Origin: an uncultured Candidatus Saccharibacteria bacterium
Lineage (GTDB): Bacteria > Patescibacteriota > Doudnabacteria > UBA920
NCBI GenBank assembly: GCA_964524735.1
Contig: CAZGCV010000003.1
Location: forward strand, 7,637 to 45,255
Direction of reading: 5' to 3'
Length of the DNA: 37,619 bases
The position numbers and the translations under genes are program-made. The notes below the pieces were generated by a model that saw only the letters and a list, made by a program, of their open reading frames with translations, searched no databases and was not told the DNA's origin. Below, piece by piece: positions 8,131 to 16,856 of the stretch. Each line of letters opens with the position of its first letter. Position 1 is the stretch's first letter.

Positions 8131-9915
8131 ATGAATAAAACTACTGCAGAAAAAATTACATTATTAAACCAGCTGACTTTACAATCTTTAGGGGAGCATG
8201 ACAAGTTGAAGTTGGTTAAAAATTTTACTGAAGCGAGCATACAAATTATGGCCGCTGATTTTGGATTTGCTTGGTGGCAGCCAGCTGCAGATGCTGAATA
8301 CCAGCTAGTATATAAAAGCGACAATATTCCGTATGATCCAAATCCGCCCCGTGATCGTGGCGGTAATTATCAAGCTAGTGTAACTGGCTCTCCTGTGTTT
8401 GTAGAAGATACTTCAAAAGAAGATTACGAAGAAGAGTACGATGTCCGTCCGTATATGAAAAGCTATGTCATTATACCGATTGTTTATGAAGAACAGTTCT
8501 ATGGTAATGTTGTGCTTTGTTATGCTAATAAAAATAATTTCGATGAAGACGATCATAGTTTGGCAGAAGCGCTAGGTAATGCTATGGCCCAGTCTTTAAC
8601 TATTAGTCGATTGTATCATAAGTTGAATACAATGGCGTATTATGATCAGCTTACAGGTTTGCCAAACCGTTCATTGCTTAGCGAACGTTTGGTAGAAGCG
8701 CATGCTAAAGCTGAAGAAGATAAAAGCATGTTTGCTTTGTTTTTTGTAGATTTGGACCGGTTTAAAATTATAAACGACATTTATGGGCACCACATGGGCG
8801 ATCTGCTACTAAAGCAAGTAGCTGAGCGTATGCAAAAAGTAGTGCCTGCGAAAGCAACTCTCGCCAGAATGGGTGGCGATGAGTTTTTGGTATTGCTTCC
8901 GAATATTGATACTGTAGACGAAGCAAACCGTTGCGCGGTTGAAATGCAAAATATTTTTACTGAATATTTTGAACTGAATGAACATGAAATTTATTGTAAT
9001 GGATCAGTTGGGTTTGCAATTTATCCATTGGACGGAGTTGATAGGCATACTTTGTTGAAGCATGCAGATTTGGCTTTGCATCGAGCGAAGGAACATGGTG
9101 GCGGAAATATACAGCAGTATAGAATGGGGCAGCCACTGTTTTACACTATGCAGCCAAAATTGCAAAGCCAGCTTCGCAGAGCCATCAAGAATAATGAACT
9201 TGTTTTGCACTACCAACCAATTTTAAATTTGAAAACGAAAAAAATTATAGGCAGCGAGGCTCTTATTCGATGGAACCATCCGGAGATGGGATTGTTGATG
9301 CCTGGCGAATTCATTGGGCAAGCTGAAGAATCAGGATTGATTGTGCAAATTGGAGAGTGGGTTATTGAGGAAGTCTGCAGACAAATTAATGAATGGGAAT
9401 CAGCAGGAATACCTGCAGCTCCAGTGAGTATAAATATTTCTCCTCGGGAATTGTTGCGGCCTTCCTTGGTAAGCGGAATTGAGGAGTGTTTGAAAAAATA
9501 TAATGTTCCACCTTCGCAAATTAAAGTTGAACTCACAGAAACTTTTTTGATGAAGAATATAGATTTATCTATTTCTATTTTAGATCAGCTCCGCGCACTT
9601 GGATTAAGGATTCTTATTGATGACTTCGGAACAGGTTACGCATCTTTAAATTATTTAAAACGCTTGCCGATTAACGCAGTTAAAATAGATAAAACTTTCA
9701 CGCAAGGTGTACCAAATAGTCTGCAAGATGCGGCTTTGACATCAGCGATTATTGCTATATCTCATCAACTTGGATTGGAAGTAGTGGGCGAAGGGGTTGA
9801 AAACTCTGATCAGTATGAATTCCTGCGAGCGGCTCAATGCAATTACGGACAGGGTTATTTTTTCCACAAGCCGCTATCAGCTGAAGAATTTGCTAAATTA
9901 TTTTCCCACAAATAA
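8131..9915 (+). CDS. GAF-like sensor / GGDEF diguanylate cyclase / EAL phosphodiesterase
   Basis: Intact GGDEF (ARMGGDEFLVLL). EAL-domain motifs are also intact: SEALIRW, DDFGTGYASL, KIDKTF, EGVE and QGYFF. No TM helices. Confidence 0.9.
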   Translation: MNKTTAEKITLLNQLTLQSLGEHDKLKLVKNFTEASIQIMAADFGFAWWQPAADAEYQLVYKSDNIPYDPNPPRDRGGNYQASVTGSPVFVEDTSKEDYEEEYDVRPYMKSYVIIPIVYEEQFYGNVVLCYANKNNFDEDDHSLAEALGNAMAQSLTISRLYHKLNTMAYYDQLTGLPNRSLLSERLVEAHAKAEEDKSMFALFFVDLDRFKIINDIYGHHMGDLLLKQVAERMQKVVPAKATLARMGGDEFLVLLPNIDTVDEANRCAVEMQNIFTEYFELNEHEIYCNGSVGFAIYPLDGVDRHTLLKHADLALHRAKEHGGGNIQQYRMGQPLFYTMQPKLQSQLRRAIKNNELVLHYQPILNLKTKKIIGSEALIRWNHPEMGLLMPGEFIGQAEESGLIVQIGEWVIEEVCRQINEWESAGIPAAPVSINISPRELLRPSLVSGIEECLKKYNVPPSQIKVELTETFLMKNIDLSISILDQLRALGLRILIDDFGTGYASLNYLKRLPINAVKIDKTFTQGVPNSLQDAALTSAIIAISHQLGLEVVGEGVENSDQYEFLRAAQCNYGQGYFFHKPLSAEEFAKLFSHK

Positions 9916-9920
9916 AATAT

Positions 9921-9942
9921 ATACCGCTTAATTAAGCGGTAT
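9921..9942 (+). terminator. rho-independent terminator after the GGDEF-EAL gene
   Basis: Perfect 22-nt palindrome ATACCGCTTAA/TTAAGCGGTAT followed by TTTTAATT. Confidence 0.55.
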
Positions 9943-10014
9943 TTTAATTCATATAATCATCATAAGTCTTTCATAGAGTTAATAGGAAGAGTATTATTAA
10001 ATAAAGGAGTAAAT

Positions 10015-10686
10015 ATGGTTATTCTTCTGATTGAGGATGAGAAAAAACAGTCTGAATTTATTCAAAGGGCTTTAGAACAAGATTACTATAAAGTTGATCC
10101 AGTTTACGATGGCAAGGAAGCGATTGATCGAATTGAGGTTCGTGATTACGATTTAGTTATTGTGGATTTGAATTTGCCACAAGTGAGTGGTGAAGATATT
10201 GTGAAGCGCATACGAGAGTTAAAATTAAAAGTTCCTGTTTTAGTTTTAACGGCTAATGACGATATGAATATGAAGGTCACAAACTTGGATAATGGAGCTG
10301 ATGATTATTTAACTAAACCGTTTGCATTAGATGAGCTGCTTGCAAGAGTACGCGCATTGCTTCGACGTGAAGCAGAAGTTATTCCTCAAACTTTTAAGCA
10401 AGGTAACTTGGAATTGGTGTATTCTACTCATGAAGTTAAGATTGACGGTCAGCCAATTAAACTGACTAAAAACGAATTTCGTTTATTAGATTTTTTGAGT
10501 CGTAAGCCAGATAGAGTTTGTACGCGTGCAATGATAGAAGAGCATGTTTGGGGTTACAACTCTGAGAATGATAGCAATGTTATTGAAGCTTCGATTTATA
10601 ATTTACGGAAAAAGCTTGGTCCGAAGTATAAAAAAATGATTCAAACAGTTCAAAATATTGGTTATAGGTTTAAAGTATCAGCTTAA
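10015..10686 (+). CDS. OmpR-family response regulator (receiver + winged-helix)
   Basis: LLIEDE, DLVIVDLNLP, VLVLTA, YLTKPF, then TKNEFRLLDFL...IGYRF in the winged-helix domain. SD AAAGGAG upstream. Confidence 0.9.
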   Translation: MVILLIEDEKKQSEFIQRALEQDYYKVDPVYDGKEAIDRIEVRDYDLVIVDLNLPQVSGEDIVKRIRELKLKVPVLVLTANDDMNMKVTNLDNGADDYLTKPFALDELLARVRALLRREAEVIPQTFKQGNLELVYSTHEVKIDGQPIKLTKNEFRLLDFLSRKPDRVCTRAMIEEHVWGYNSENDSNVIEASIYNLRKKLGPKYKKMIQTVQNIGYRFKVSA

Positions 10687-10694
10687 ATTTAATT

Positions 10695-11774
10695 ATGTTC
10701 GATTCGGAATTCGCAGAAAATTTATTAGAAAAGATTGGTGGTAATTCAGCTACGTTAGTATTTTCAGATTCGGGGAAATGTTTATTTGCCAGTAGTAATT
10801 CTATTGGTGTACTAGGTGCTTCTTCTGAAGACCTTAAGACTCGCATAGTAGACCAAAGTTTTCTTGATAATTTACATCTCTATACTCTGGAAGGTGGCCT
10901 TTTAGATAAAGCCAATAACCCAGTTGCAAAAGCTTTGAAAGATAAAAATTTTATTCAAACTACTCCGTTTTTTTGTAAGTTATCAAAAGATGCAGAAGAT
11001 GTTTTAGCATTGAATACTTTTGTGATTGAAAATCAGACAGGTAATTATTTTGTTGTAGTGCAGATTCGTAAAGCAAAGCGTGAAGTAGATGTTGGTGAAA
11101 TGAAAAGTCTATTTGTTTCTTTTGCTGCACACCAGCTTAAAACACCGAGTTCTGTGGTTAAAGGATTTATTGAACTAATGATGCGACAAGGTGAACCTGC
11201 TTATTCAAAAGAACAATGGCATTTTTTGACTTCTGCTTTTGAGGCAAACGAGCAATTAATTGAAGTTTCAAAAAGTTTATTAAATATGGCTCGCTTAGAG
11301 GGAGGGTTAATAGAACCTAAAGCTGTTGAATTTGATCCTAATCGAGCTTTGCAAACAAAAATAGCTTCTTTCGCACCGCTCTATAAAACCAAAAGGGTGA
11401 ATGTAAATTTATCTGCGTCATCAGAAGAAAATTTTAACTCACTGCGCAGTGATGAGTCCTTCTTCTTAGAAGTCTTTGGGATTTTGCTTGGCAATGCAAT
11501 TAAACATTCTCCAATAGGAGAAAGTATTACTGTGTCTTCAGTTATTAGTAAGAACGGCTGTGAAGTTCATATTATGGACAATGGGCCTGGTATTGCTAAG
11601 GCTGTTCGTGAGACTTTGTTTAAATCGGAGCAAGGATCATCTGAAAAAGAAAACAGCCATGGACTAGGGCTGTTTATGGCAAAGAAATATATAGCTTTAC
11701 TGGGAGGAAGTATTGGATTAGAAGAGTCTGAAATAGGAAGTGACTTTTATTTTACAGTCCCCAATTTAAATTAA
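10695..11774 (+). CDS. cytoplasmic sensor histidine kinase, cognate partner of the OmpR-type regulator
   Basis: FVSFAAHQLKTPSS H-box, LGNAIKHS N-box, DNGPGI and GLGLFMAKKY. No TM helices. Starts 8 nt after the regulator gene. Confidence 0.85.
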   Translation: MFDSEFAENLLEKIGGNSATLVFSDSGKCLFASSNSIGVLGASSEDLKTRIVDQSFLDNLHLYTLEGGLLDKANNPVAKALKDKNFIQTTPFFCKLSKDAEDVLALNTFVIENQTGNYFVVVQIRKAKREVDVGEMKSLFVSFAAHQLKTPSSVVKGFIELMMRQGEPAYSKEQWHFLTSAFEANEQLIEVSKSLLNMARLEGGLIEPKAVEFDPNRALQTKIASFAPLYKTKRVNVNLSASSEENFNSLRSDESFFLEVFGILLGNAIKHSPIGESITVSSVISKNGCEVHIMDNGPGIAKAVRETLFKSEQGSSEKENSHGLGLFMAKKYIALLGGSIGLEESEIGSDFYFTVPNLN

Positions 11775-11782
11775 CTTTGAAA

Positions 11783-12694
11783 TTATTTGCCTAAATTTGA
11801 GCATGTAAACTCAGGGTGACCATTTAAGAAATCTTTCATTGTCATTTTATTTTTTCCAGCTAATTGCACTTCCTCAAGTTTTAAGAAAGTATTGTCTTTA
11901 CAAAGCACGATATCTTTAGCTGTGTCGGATTCATTAATGTTAGGTATTGAGCAAGAAAGTATTTTGAATGCTTCTCCTTTGTAGGTGGTCCATATTTGCG
12001 GCCAAGGAGTAAAAGCTCTGTGCATATTGAAAATAGTCTGAGCTGTTTGCTCGGCAAAATTTATTTTTCCGTCTTGCTTTGAAATTATTTTAGTCGTTGT
12101 TGCTTCTTCGTGATTTTGTTCTTGCGGAGTTATTGCAACAGCTTCGTATTTAGGTAATGTGTCTAAAATAAGAGCCGCGGAAATTTTAGAAAGCTTATTG
12201 GCTAAAGTTTCAAAATTGTCTGTAGCATCAATATCACATTCCTGGGTTGATAAAATCGGACCATGATCAACTAATTCGTCTAAAATAAAAATAGTTGTTC
12301 CGGTTTTTGTTTCGCCATTGAGTAGGGCAAACTGAATCGGTGCTGGACCCCGATATTTTGGTAGCAAGGAGAAATGCACATTAATAGTCTTGAGTTTAGG
12401 TATTTCTAATAGGTCTGCAGGAAGAATTTTTCCGTAAGAAACTACAACAAATATATGTGCGTTTAGACCGCGAAGAAATTCTAAGAATTCCGGATTGTTT
12501 TTAACTTTCGCTGGCTTGGAAACGGGAATATTTTTTTCATCTGCAAGTCTGGAAATAGGGGACGGTGTTAACACTTGCTTTCGACCAACTTTAGCGTCTG
12601 GACTAGTTATTACGTGAATGACTTCGTGTTGGTCTATTAATGCTTCTAAAATCGGAAGACCTACTTCTGATGTACCAAAGAAAACTATTTTCAT
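11783..12694 (-). CDS. fmt: methionyl-tRNA formyltransferase
   Basis: MKIVFFGTSE...P.L, INVHFSLLPKYRGPAPIQFALLNGE motif. 303 aa. Confidence 0.9.
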   Translation of the reverse strand: MKIVFFGTSEVGLPILEALIDQHEVIHVITSPDAKVGRKQVLTPSPISRLADEKNIPVSKPAKVKNNPEFLEFLRGLNAHIFVVVSYGKILPADLLEIPKLKTINVHFSLLPKYRGPAPIQFALLNGETKTGTTIFILDELVDHGPILSTQECDIDATDNFETLANKLSKISAALILDTLPKYEAVAITPQEQNHEEATTTKIISKQDGKINFAEQTAQTIFNMHRAFTPWPQIWTTYKGEAFKILSCSIPNINESDTAKDIVLCKDNTFLKLEEVQLAGKNKMTMKDFLNGHPEFTCSNLGK

Positions 12695-12695
12695 A

Positions 12696-13259
12696 TTATT
12701 TAATTGCCTTAACTAAACCTCGTAAAATTTCTGCTTCGTATTCGCAATCAACTAAGGCATCGTGTCGTCCCTCTGCTTTTTTAACCCCTAACTTTTTGCC
12801 TACATCTTCCAATGTAAAACCGGCAAACTTTTTGCGATTGTTAAGAGATTTGTGTTTCGCCATATAGAAATAGCAAAGCGGCCACAAATTGAAAGTGTAT
12901 TGTACTGTGAACGGATATTTCATTTTTACGCTGCGGAAAGCAGCGGGGAAAAAGATTATATCTAAATTCCCGCCGTACATTGTTGGAGTAACATCTGAAC
13001 CAAAAGTCTGGTTAAACTGCTTTAAGACAGTTTTCATGTCCGGGGCATCCTTTAGCTGGTCCCATTTAATTTTGTTAACTGACATTGCTTCTGGGTCACG
13101 CTTTGCCCAGCGTTTTGGCTTAACATAAGTTGCAAAAGATTTCTTTTGCTTTAAAGTCTTTTTGTCTAATAATATTGCAGCGATCTGAATTATTTCGTGC
13201 TTTGTTACATCTAGCCCTGTGCATTCCAGATCGAATAGTAAAATATCTTTTTTGAACAT
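12696..13259 (-). CDS. DEDDh (DnaQ-like) 3'-5' exonuclease
   Basis: Exo I LLFDLECTGLD and Exo III RHDALVD (H-x4-D). 187 aa. Confidence 0.65.
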   Translation of the reverse strand: MFKKDILLFDLECTGLDVTKHEIIQIAAILLDKKTLKQKKSFATYVKPKRWAKRDPEAMSVNKIKWDQLKDAPDMKTVLKQFNQTFGSDVTPTMYGGNLDIIFFPAAFRSVKMKYPFTVQYTFNLWPLCYFYMAKHKSLNNRKKFAGFTLEDVGKKLGVKKAEGRHDALVDCEYEAEILRGLVKAIK

Positions 13260-13272
13260 ATGAATATATTAA

Positions 13273-13806
13273 TTATCCGTTTACAATCTTGCGAAAAACT
13301 TCTGCTGACAAACGGGCTTTTTCTAAAGCGTTATGGGGATTTTTCAGCTTTAAGTTAAAGTGGCTAAATAAAGTTTCCATGGTGGGCATCTTTTTTAATC
13401 CATAATGCAAAGTATAGACATATCCTAAAGACCATATATCAAGAACATGACCATGATATTCAAAAGGAATCAAGTTTTTCTTAAAAGCTTGCTTTAAAAA
13501 TTGGACATTATTTACAGTGTGGGTTGCTAATAGGGGTTCATGGCCAAATTTCTTTGCAAAGTCACGAATAACATCATTTGCTTTAGGACTACGTTTTAAT
13601 TCTTCATAAGGGATTTGCAGCATGCCAGCGTGTTGCGCAATTGTATTTTCTAAAAAGCTTGCCTTAATGTATGAGTTAAAAAAGTTTTTTTCTAGCAAAT
13701 TGTCCTTGTCTAAAAGAACAGCAGATAATTGAAGAATAGAATCTCTTTCAATATTTGGTCCAGTTGTTTCAATCTGAAACAATAATATATCTTTAATGAA
13801 CTTCAT
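13273..13806 (-). CDS. DnaQ-like exonuclease paralogue with degenerate catalytic motifs
   Basis: It aligns with the neighbour (KDILLF[D/Q][L/I]E[C/T]TG; I[I/L]Q[I/L][A/S]A[I/V]LLDK). However, Exo I reads FQIETTG (Asp replaced by Gln) and Exo III reads HNALEK (Asp replaced by Lys). Start set to the ATG at 13806, 4 nt after the def stop, with GGAG 13 nt upstream. The track start at 13827 is a TTG inside def. Confidence 0.5.
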   Translation of the reverse strand: MKFIKDILLFQIETTGPNIERDSILQLSAVLLDKDNLLEKNFFNSYIKASFLENTIAQHAGMLQIPYEELKRSPKANDVIRDFAKKFGHEPLLATHTVNNVQFLKQAFKKNLIPFEYHGHVLDIWSLGYVYTLHYGLKKMPTMETLFSHFNLKLKNPHNALEKARLSAEVFRKIVNG

Positions 13807-13810
13807 TGCG

Positions 13811-14308
13811 TTACTGTTTCTCCGCAAAAGTTGGAAGCAGATTTTCTCCAGTGGTGACTTTTTCCAGCTTGTCGTAAATTAAAGTATTGTTCAGATGATC
13901 AATTTCATGTTGAAGTACGCGAGCAAGAAAAGTGTCATCAGTAATTGTGAATTTTTCTCCTTCCATATTGTAAGCTTCAACGGTAATTTTTTTAGGACGT
14001 TTAACAACGCCAAAAACTCCAGGCATAGACAGACACCCTTCTTCCATTTCTTCTGTGTCTCGAGAGGACTTTATAATCTTCGGATTGATAATAGGGAATG
14101 GGGGGATGCCTGCGTCTTCCAGGTAGATGATAGCTAAGTTTAAATTTTTGCTTATTTGTGGCGCAGCCAAGCCAACACCGTTAGCAAATATAACAGTATC
14201 CAACATGTTTTTTATAAGTCGTAACTCTGCCTTTTTTAGGGGAAATGTTAAATCTTCAACTGGTGTGCGTAGGATTTTTGCAGGAAGTTTTGCAATCGGT
14301 AAAATCAT
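13811..14308 (-). CDS. def: peptide deformylase
   Basis: GVGLAAPQI, EGCLSMPG and HEIDHL metal-binding motifs. Confidence 0.92.
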   Translation of the reverse strand: MILPIAKLPAKILRTPVEDLTFPLKKAELRLIKNMLDTVIFANGVGLAAPQISKNLNLAIIYLEDAGIPPFPIINPKIIKSSRDTEEMEEGCLSMPGVFGVVKRPKKITVEAYNMEGEKFTITDDTFLARVLQHEIDHLNNTLIYDKLEKVTTGENLLPTFAEKQ

Positions 14309-14595
14309 TTCTTGTCTTCTTTCTTATGTTCTTCGTTATACTTTTTAATTAAATAGGCAAAAAGTTTGCCAGGTGTTTTTACGTTCGGATTTTCCATTAC
14401 TTCACCAGCGATTTTTCTAAGAATATCAGGTTTGTGAGTAACAGCCATTTTTAAATAGAATCCAAAATGAGCTTTGTCGTTTAAGAGGTTTGCGAGTTCG
14501 TCGGCAAGTACATGAGAGGCCGAATGCAGGTGAGGATCTCTTTTACGGGAGAATTTTTTGCTTGCTGCGACGCTTTTTAATGAATCCATATCCAT
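14305..14595 (-). CDS. small basic hypothetical protein heading the def-fmt operon
   Basis: 96 aa, ATGA overlap with the def start. No recognisable motif. Translation may start at the second ATG (14589), which lies 6 nt downstream of a TGTCATAAT box. Confidence 0.45.
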   Translation of the reverse strand: MDMDSLKSVAASKKFSRKRDPHLHSASHVLADELANLLNDKAHFGFYLKMAVTHKPDILRKIAGEVMENPNVKTPGKLFAYLIKKYNEEHKKEDKK

Positions 14596-14604
14596 ATTAT
14601 GACA
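14596..14604 (-). promoter_or_regulatory. extended -10-like box (TGTCATAAT) for the def-fmt operon
   Basis: Reverse complement of 14596..14604 is TGTCATAAT. It abuts the first ATG (14595) and lies 6 nt from the second ATG (14589). Confidence 0.3.
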
Positions 14605-14641
14605 TATTATGCTTAAGCTCGCTAAAATGCCTGAAAAAGGC

Positions 14642-14647
14642 TATAAT
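14642..14647 (+). promoter_or_regulatory. -10 box (TATAAT) 8 nt upstream of the ATG at 14656
   Basis: TATAAT at 14642..14647, ATG at 14656, no SD. Confidence 0.35.
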
Positions 14648-14655
14648 TATTCAGT

Positions 14656-15513
14656 ATGACTCTTAAAACCTTTGCTTCTATTCTAATAGTAATTGGCTTT
14701 GCGATAGCTGCTTTGGAAGGTATTCCTCAGCGTTCTTGGGAATGGTTTAAGGGAACTCAGGTTGCGACTTCAATTTTTTCGTTGGCTGGTACGGAAGAAA
14801 AATTGCCAGGACCGTTACGTGGTATTTTAGATGGCATTGGTGGGAGTAATTTAACAACTCAGGGAATAGTGCAATCTACTAACGACCATCGTGAAAGTAA
14901 TGGTTTAATACCTCTACGTTTAAACGCAAAGTTAAGTAAGGCGGCGGAAGCAAAAGTGAATGACATGTTTGCAAAACAGTATTTTGAACATGAATCACCA
15001 GACGGTAAATCACCAGCAGATATCATTCGCGCTCAAAGTTACGAGTATATAATAGTAGGAGAAAATTTAGCGCTAGGAAATTTTAAAGATGATCAAGTTT
15101 TAGTTCAAGCTTGGATGGATAGCCCTGGCCATAGAGCTAATATTTTAAATGGAAAGTTTCATGAGATTGGAGTATATGCACGCAAAGGTATGTATGAAGG
15201 TAAAGAGGTCTGGTTAGCTGTACAAGAGTTTGGTGCTCCTTTGTCTTCATGTCCTGCGCCAAATAAAAGCATGAAACCGGAAATTGATGCTAACCGTGCT
15301 CAGCTTGAATCACAGCAAGCAGAGTTGTTGCGACAAAAATCTCAACTTGAATCCAGTCGATACGCAAATGAGCAAGACTATAATGCGGCTGTTCAAAGAT
15401 ATAACGACTTAGTGCAACGAACTAATAAGCTGTCCGAAGAAACTCAAGAATTGGTTCGCAAATACAATGAAGCTGTAAATACATTTAATAACTGTTTGGA
15501 GTCGAATTCTTAA
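14656..15513 (+). CDS. membrane-anchored/secreted CAP (SCP/PR-1, YkwD-like) domain protein with a C-terminal coiled coil
   Basis: N-terminal hydrophobic anchor, GENLALG...AWMDSPGHRANIL...HEIGVY CAP signature, and a Q/E/L-rich heptad tail. Confidence 0.7.
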   Translation: MTLKTFASILIVIGFAIAALEGIPQRSWEWFKGTQVATSIFSLAGTEEKLPGPLRGILDGIGGSNLTTQGIVQSTNDHRESNGLIPLRLNAKLSKAAEAKVNDMFAKQYFEHESPDGKSPADIIRAQSYEYIIVGENLALGNFKDDQVLVQAWMDSPGHRANILNGKFHEIGVYARKGMYEGKEVWLAVQEFGAPLSSCPAPNKSMKPEIDANRAQLESQQAELLRQKSQLESSRYANEQDYNAAVQRYNDLVQRTNKLSEETQELVRKYNEAVNTFNNCLESNS

Positions 15514-16835
15514 TGTCTGTTAAAACTGAAAAAATTGATGTAGCTGGATTATTAATTAGTCCAGTAACAAAAAAATATTTGCTTGAACAAATTCGTGAGC
15601 GTGTAAAACGTAAAGAAAAAACATTTATAGTTACGCCGTACTCAGAATTTTTGCATGCAAGTTTACATAAACCAGAATTAAAATCGCTTTTTAATAGCGC
15701 TGATTTTGCAATTGCAGATGGTATAGGTATTCTATGGGCAAATTTATATCTATCTGTTCCGTTGACTTTAAAATACTTTTATTTAAATGCCTTACAGGCT
15801 TGGTGGCAGGTCATTTGGACTGGGGCAAGTATTCTATTGCGACCGAGTTTGTTGTATAAGAATATTCCTGAAAAAATTGTGGGCGCAGATTTTGTTTGGG
15901 ATTTGGCTCAATTAGCGGCTGATAATGATTTTAAAATTTTCTTGTTGGGTGCACGAGGGGATGTTGCTGAAAGGGCAGGGAAGAAGCTAAAAGAGAAATT
16001 TCCAAATGTAAATATAGTAGGTACTTCAAACAAAGATATGACAGATTCTTCAGTTTTAGATGATATTAATGCTGTTAGTCCAGATATGCTTTTGGTTGCT
16101 TTTAAAGCGCAAGCAGCAGAAAAATGGATAGCAGATAATTTATCTAAGACAACAGCTTCTTTGGGAATTGGTCTTGGCGGTACTTTCGATTATCTAGCAG
16201 GAGAAAAAAGCCAGCCTCCTCGTTTAGTCCGCAATGCCGGTTTAGAATGGTTGTGGCGGTTGTTTACCCAGCCAAGTCGCGTTGTAAGAATTTATAATGC
16301 GTTTTGGGGGCTAATAATCTCTTTAATTAGATACAAAACATATTTGTATGCGCCTTTTCGCGCAAACGGATGCGCTGTTGTAATTAATCAGCAAGGTAAA
16401 TTTTTGCTGTGTAAACGGGTTCCTGGTCCGGAGAAGAATAGTGGTTATCATCTTTCACACTTTGACGATTACTGGCAATTTCCCCAAGGCGGATTAGATA
16501 GAAATGAAGGGCCTGTTGAAGGAACAAAAAGAGAGTTGCTTGAAGAGACTGGAATTAAGACTGTTGATGTAATAGGTCAAGCTAAATTTTTGAATGAGTA
16601 TCTTTGGAATAATGCTCGTCGATCTTTAGTTACTAGTCGGTATAAATACAAAGGACAGAGCCAGTACACAATCTTTTTTAAATTTAACGGCACAGACGAA
16701 GAAGTTAAACTGGATGATCATGAACTCGATGCTTATGAGTGGCTTACCGCTGAAGAGGTTATGAAGAAAATTGCTCCTGAGAGACGCAGACACGCTGAAG
16801 CTGTCCTTGCTGAACTAAAGGGAATTCAACTATAA
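15513..16835 (+). CDS. WecG/TagA/CpsF-family glycosyltransferase fused to a C-terminal Nudix hydrolase domain
   Basis: N-terminal part: IADGIGILWA, FLLGARGDVAE and GLGGTFDYLAGEKSQPPRLVRNAGLEWLWRLFTQPSRVVRIYN, matching the WecG/TagA signature. C-terminal part: Nudix box GGLDRNEGPVEGTKRELLEETGI. TAATG overlap with the CAP gene. Confidence 0.7.
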   Translation: MSVKTEKIDVAGLLISPVTKKYLLEQIRERVKRKEKTFIVTPYSEFLHASLHKPELKSLFNSADFAIADGIGILWANLYLSVPLTLKYFYLNALQAWWQVIWTGASILLRPSLLYKNIPEKIVGADFVWDLAQLAADNDFKIFLLGARGDVAERAGKKLKEKFPNVNIVGTSNKDMTDSSVLDDINAVSPDMLLVAFKAQAAEKWIADNLSKTTASLGIGLGGTFDYLAGEKSQPPRLVRNAGLEWLWRLFTQPSRVVRIYNAFWGLIISLIRYKTYLYAPFRANGCAVVINQQGKFLLCKRVPGPEKNSGYHLSHFDDYWQFPQGGLDRNEGPVEGTKRELLEETGIKTVDVIGQAKFLNEYLWNNARRSLVTSRYKYKGQSQYTIFFKFNGTDEEVKLDDHELDAYEWLTAEEVMKKIAPERRRHAEAVLAELKGIQL

Positions 16836-16856
16836 TTTAAAGACTTTTTAGAATTT

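Noticed and set aside
11772-11785. Convergent stops of the histidine kinase (11774) and fmt (11783) lie only 8 nt apart with no terminator hairpin.
   Set aside because: It probably just reflects genome compaction with overlapping 3' ends. No structure or motif was visible that would justify a separate claim.
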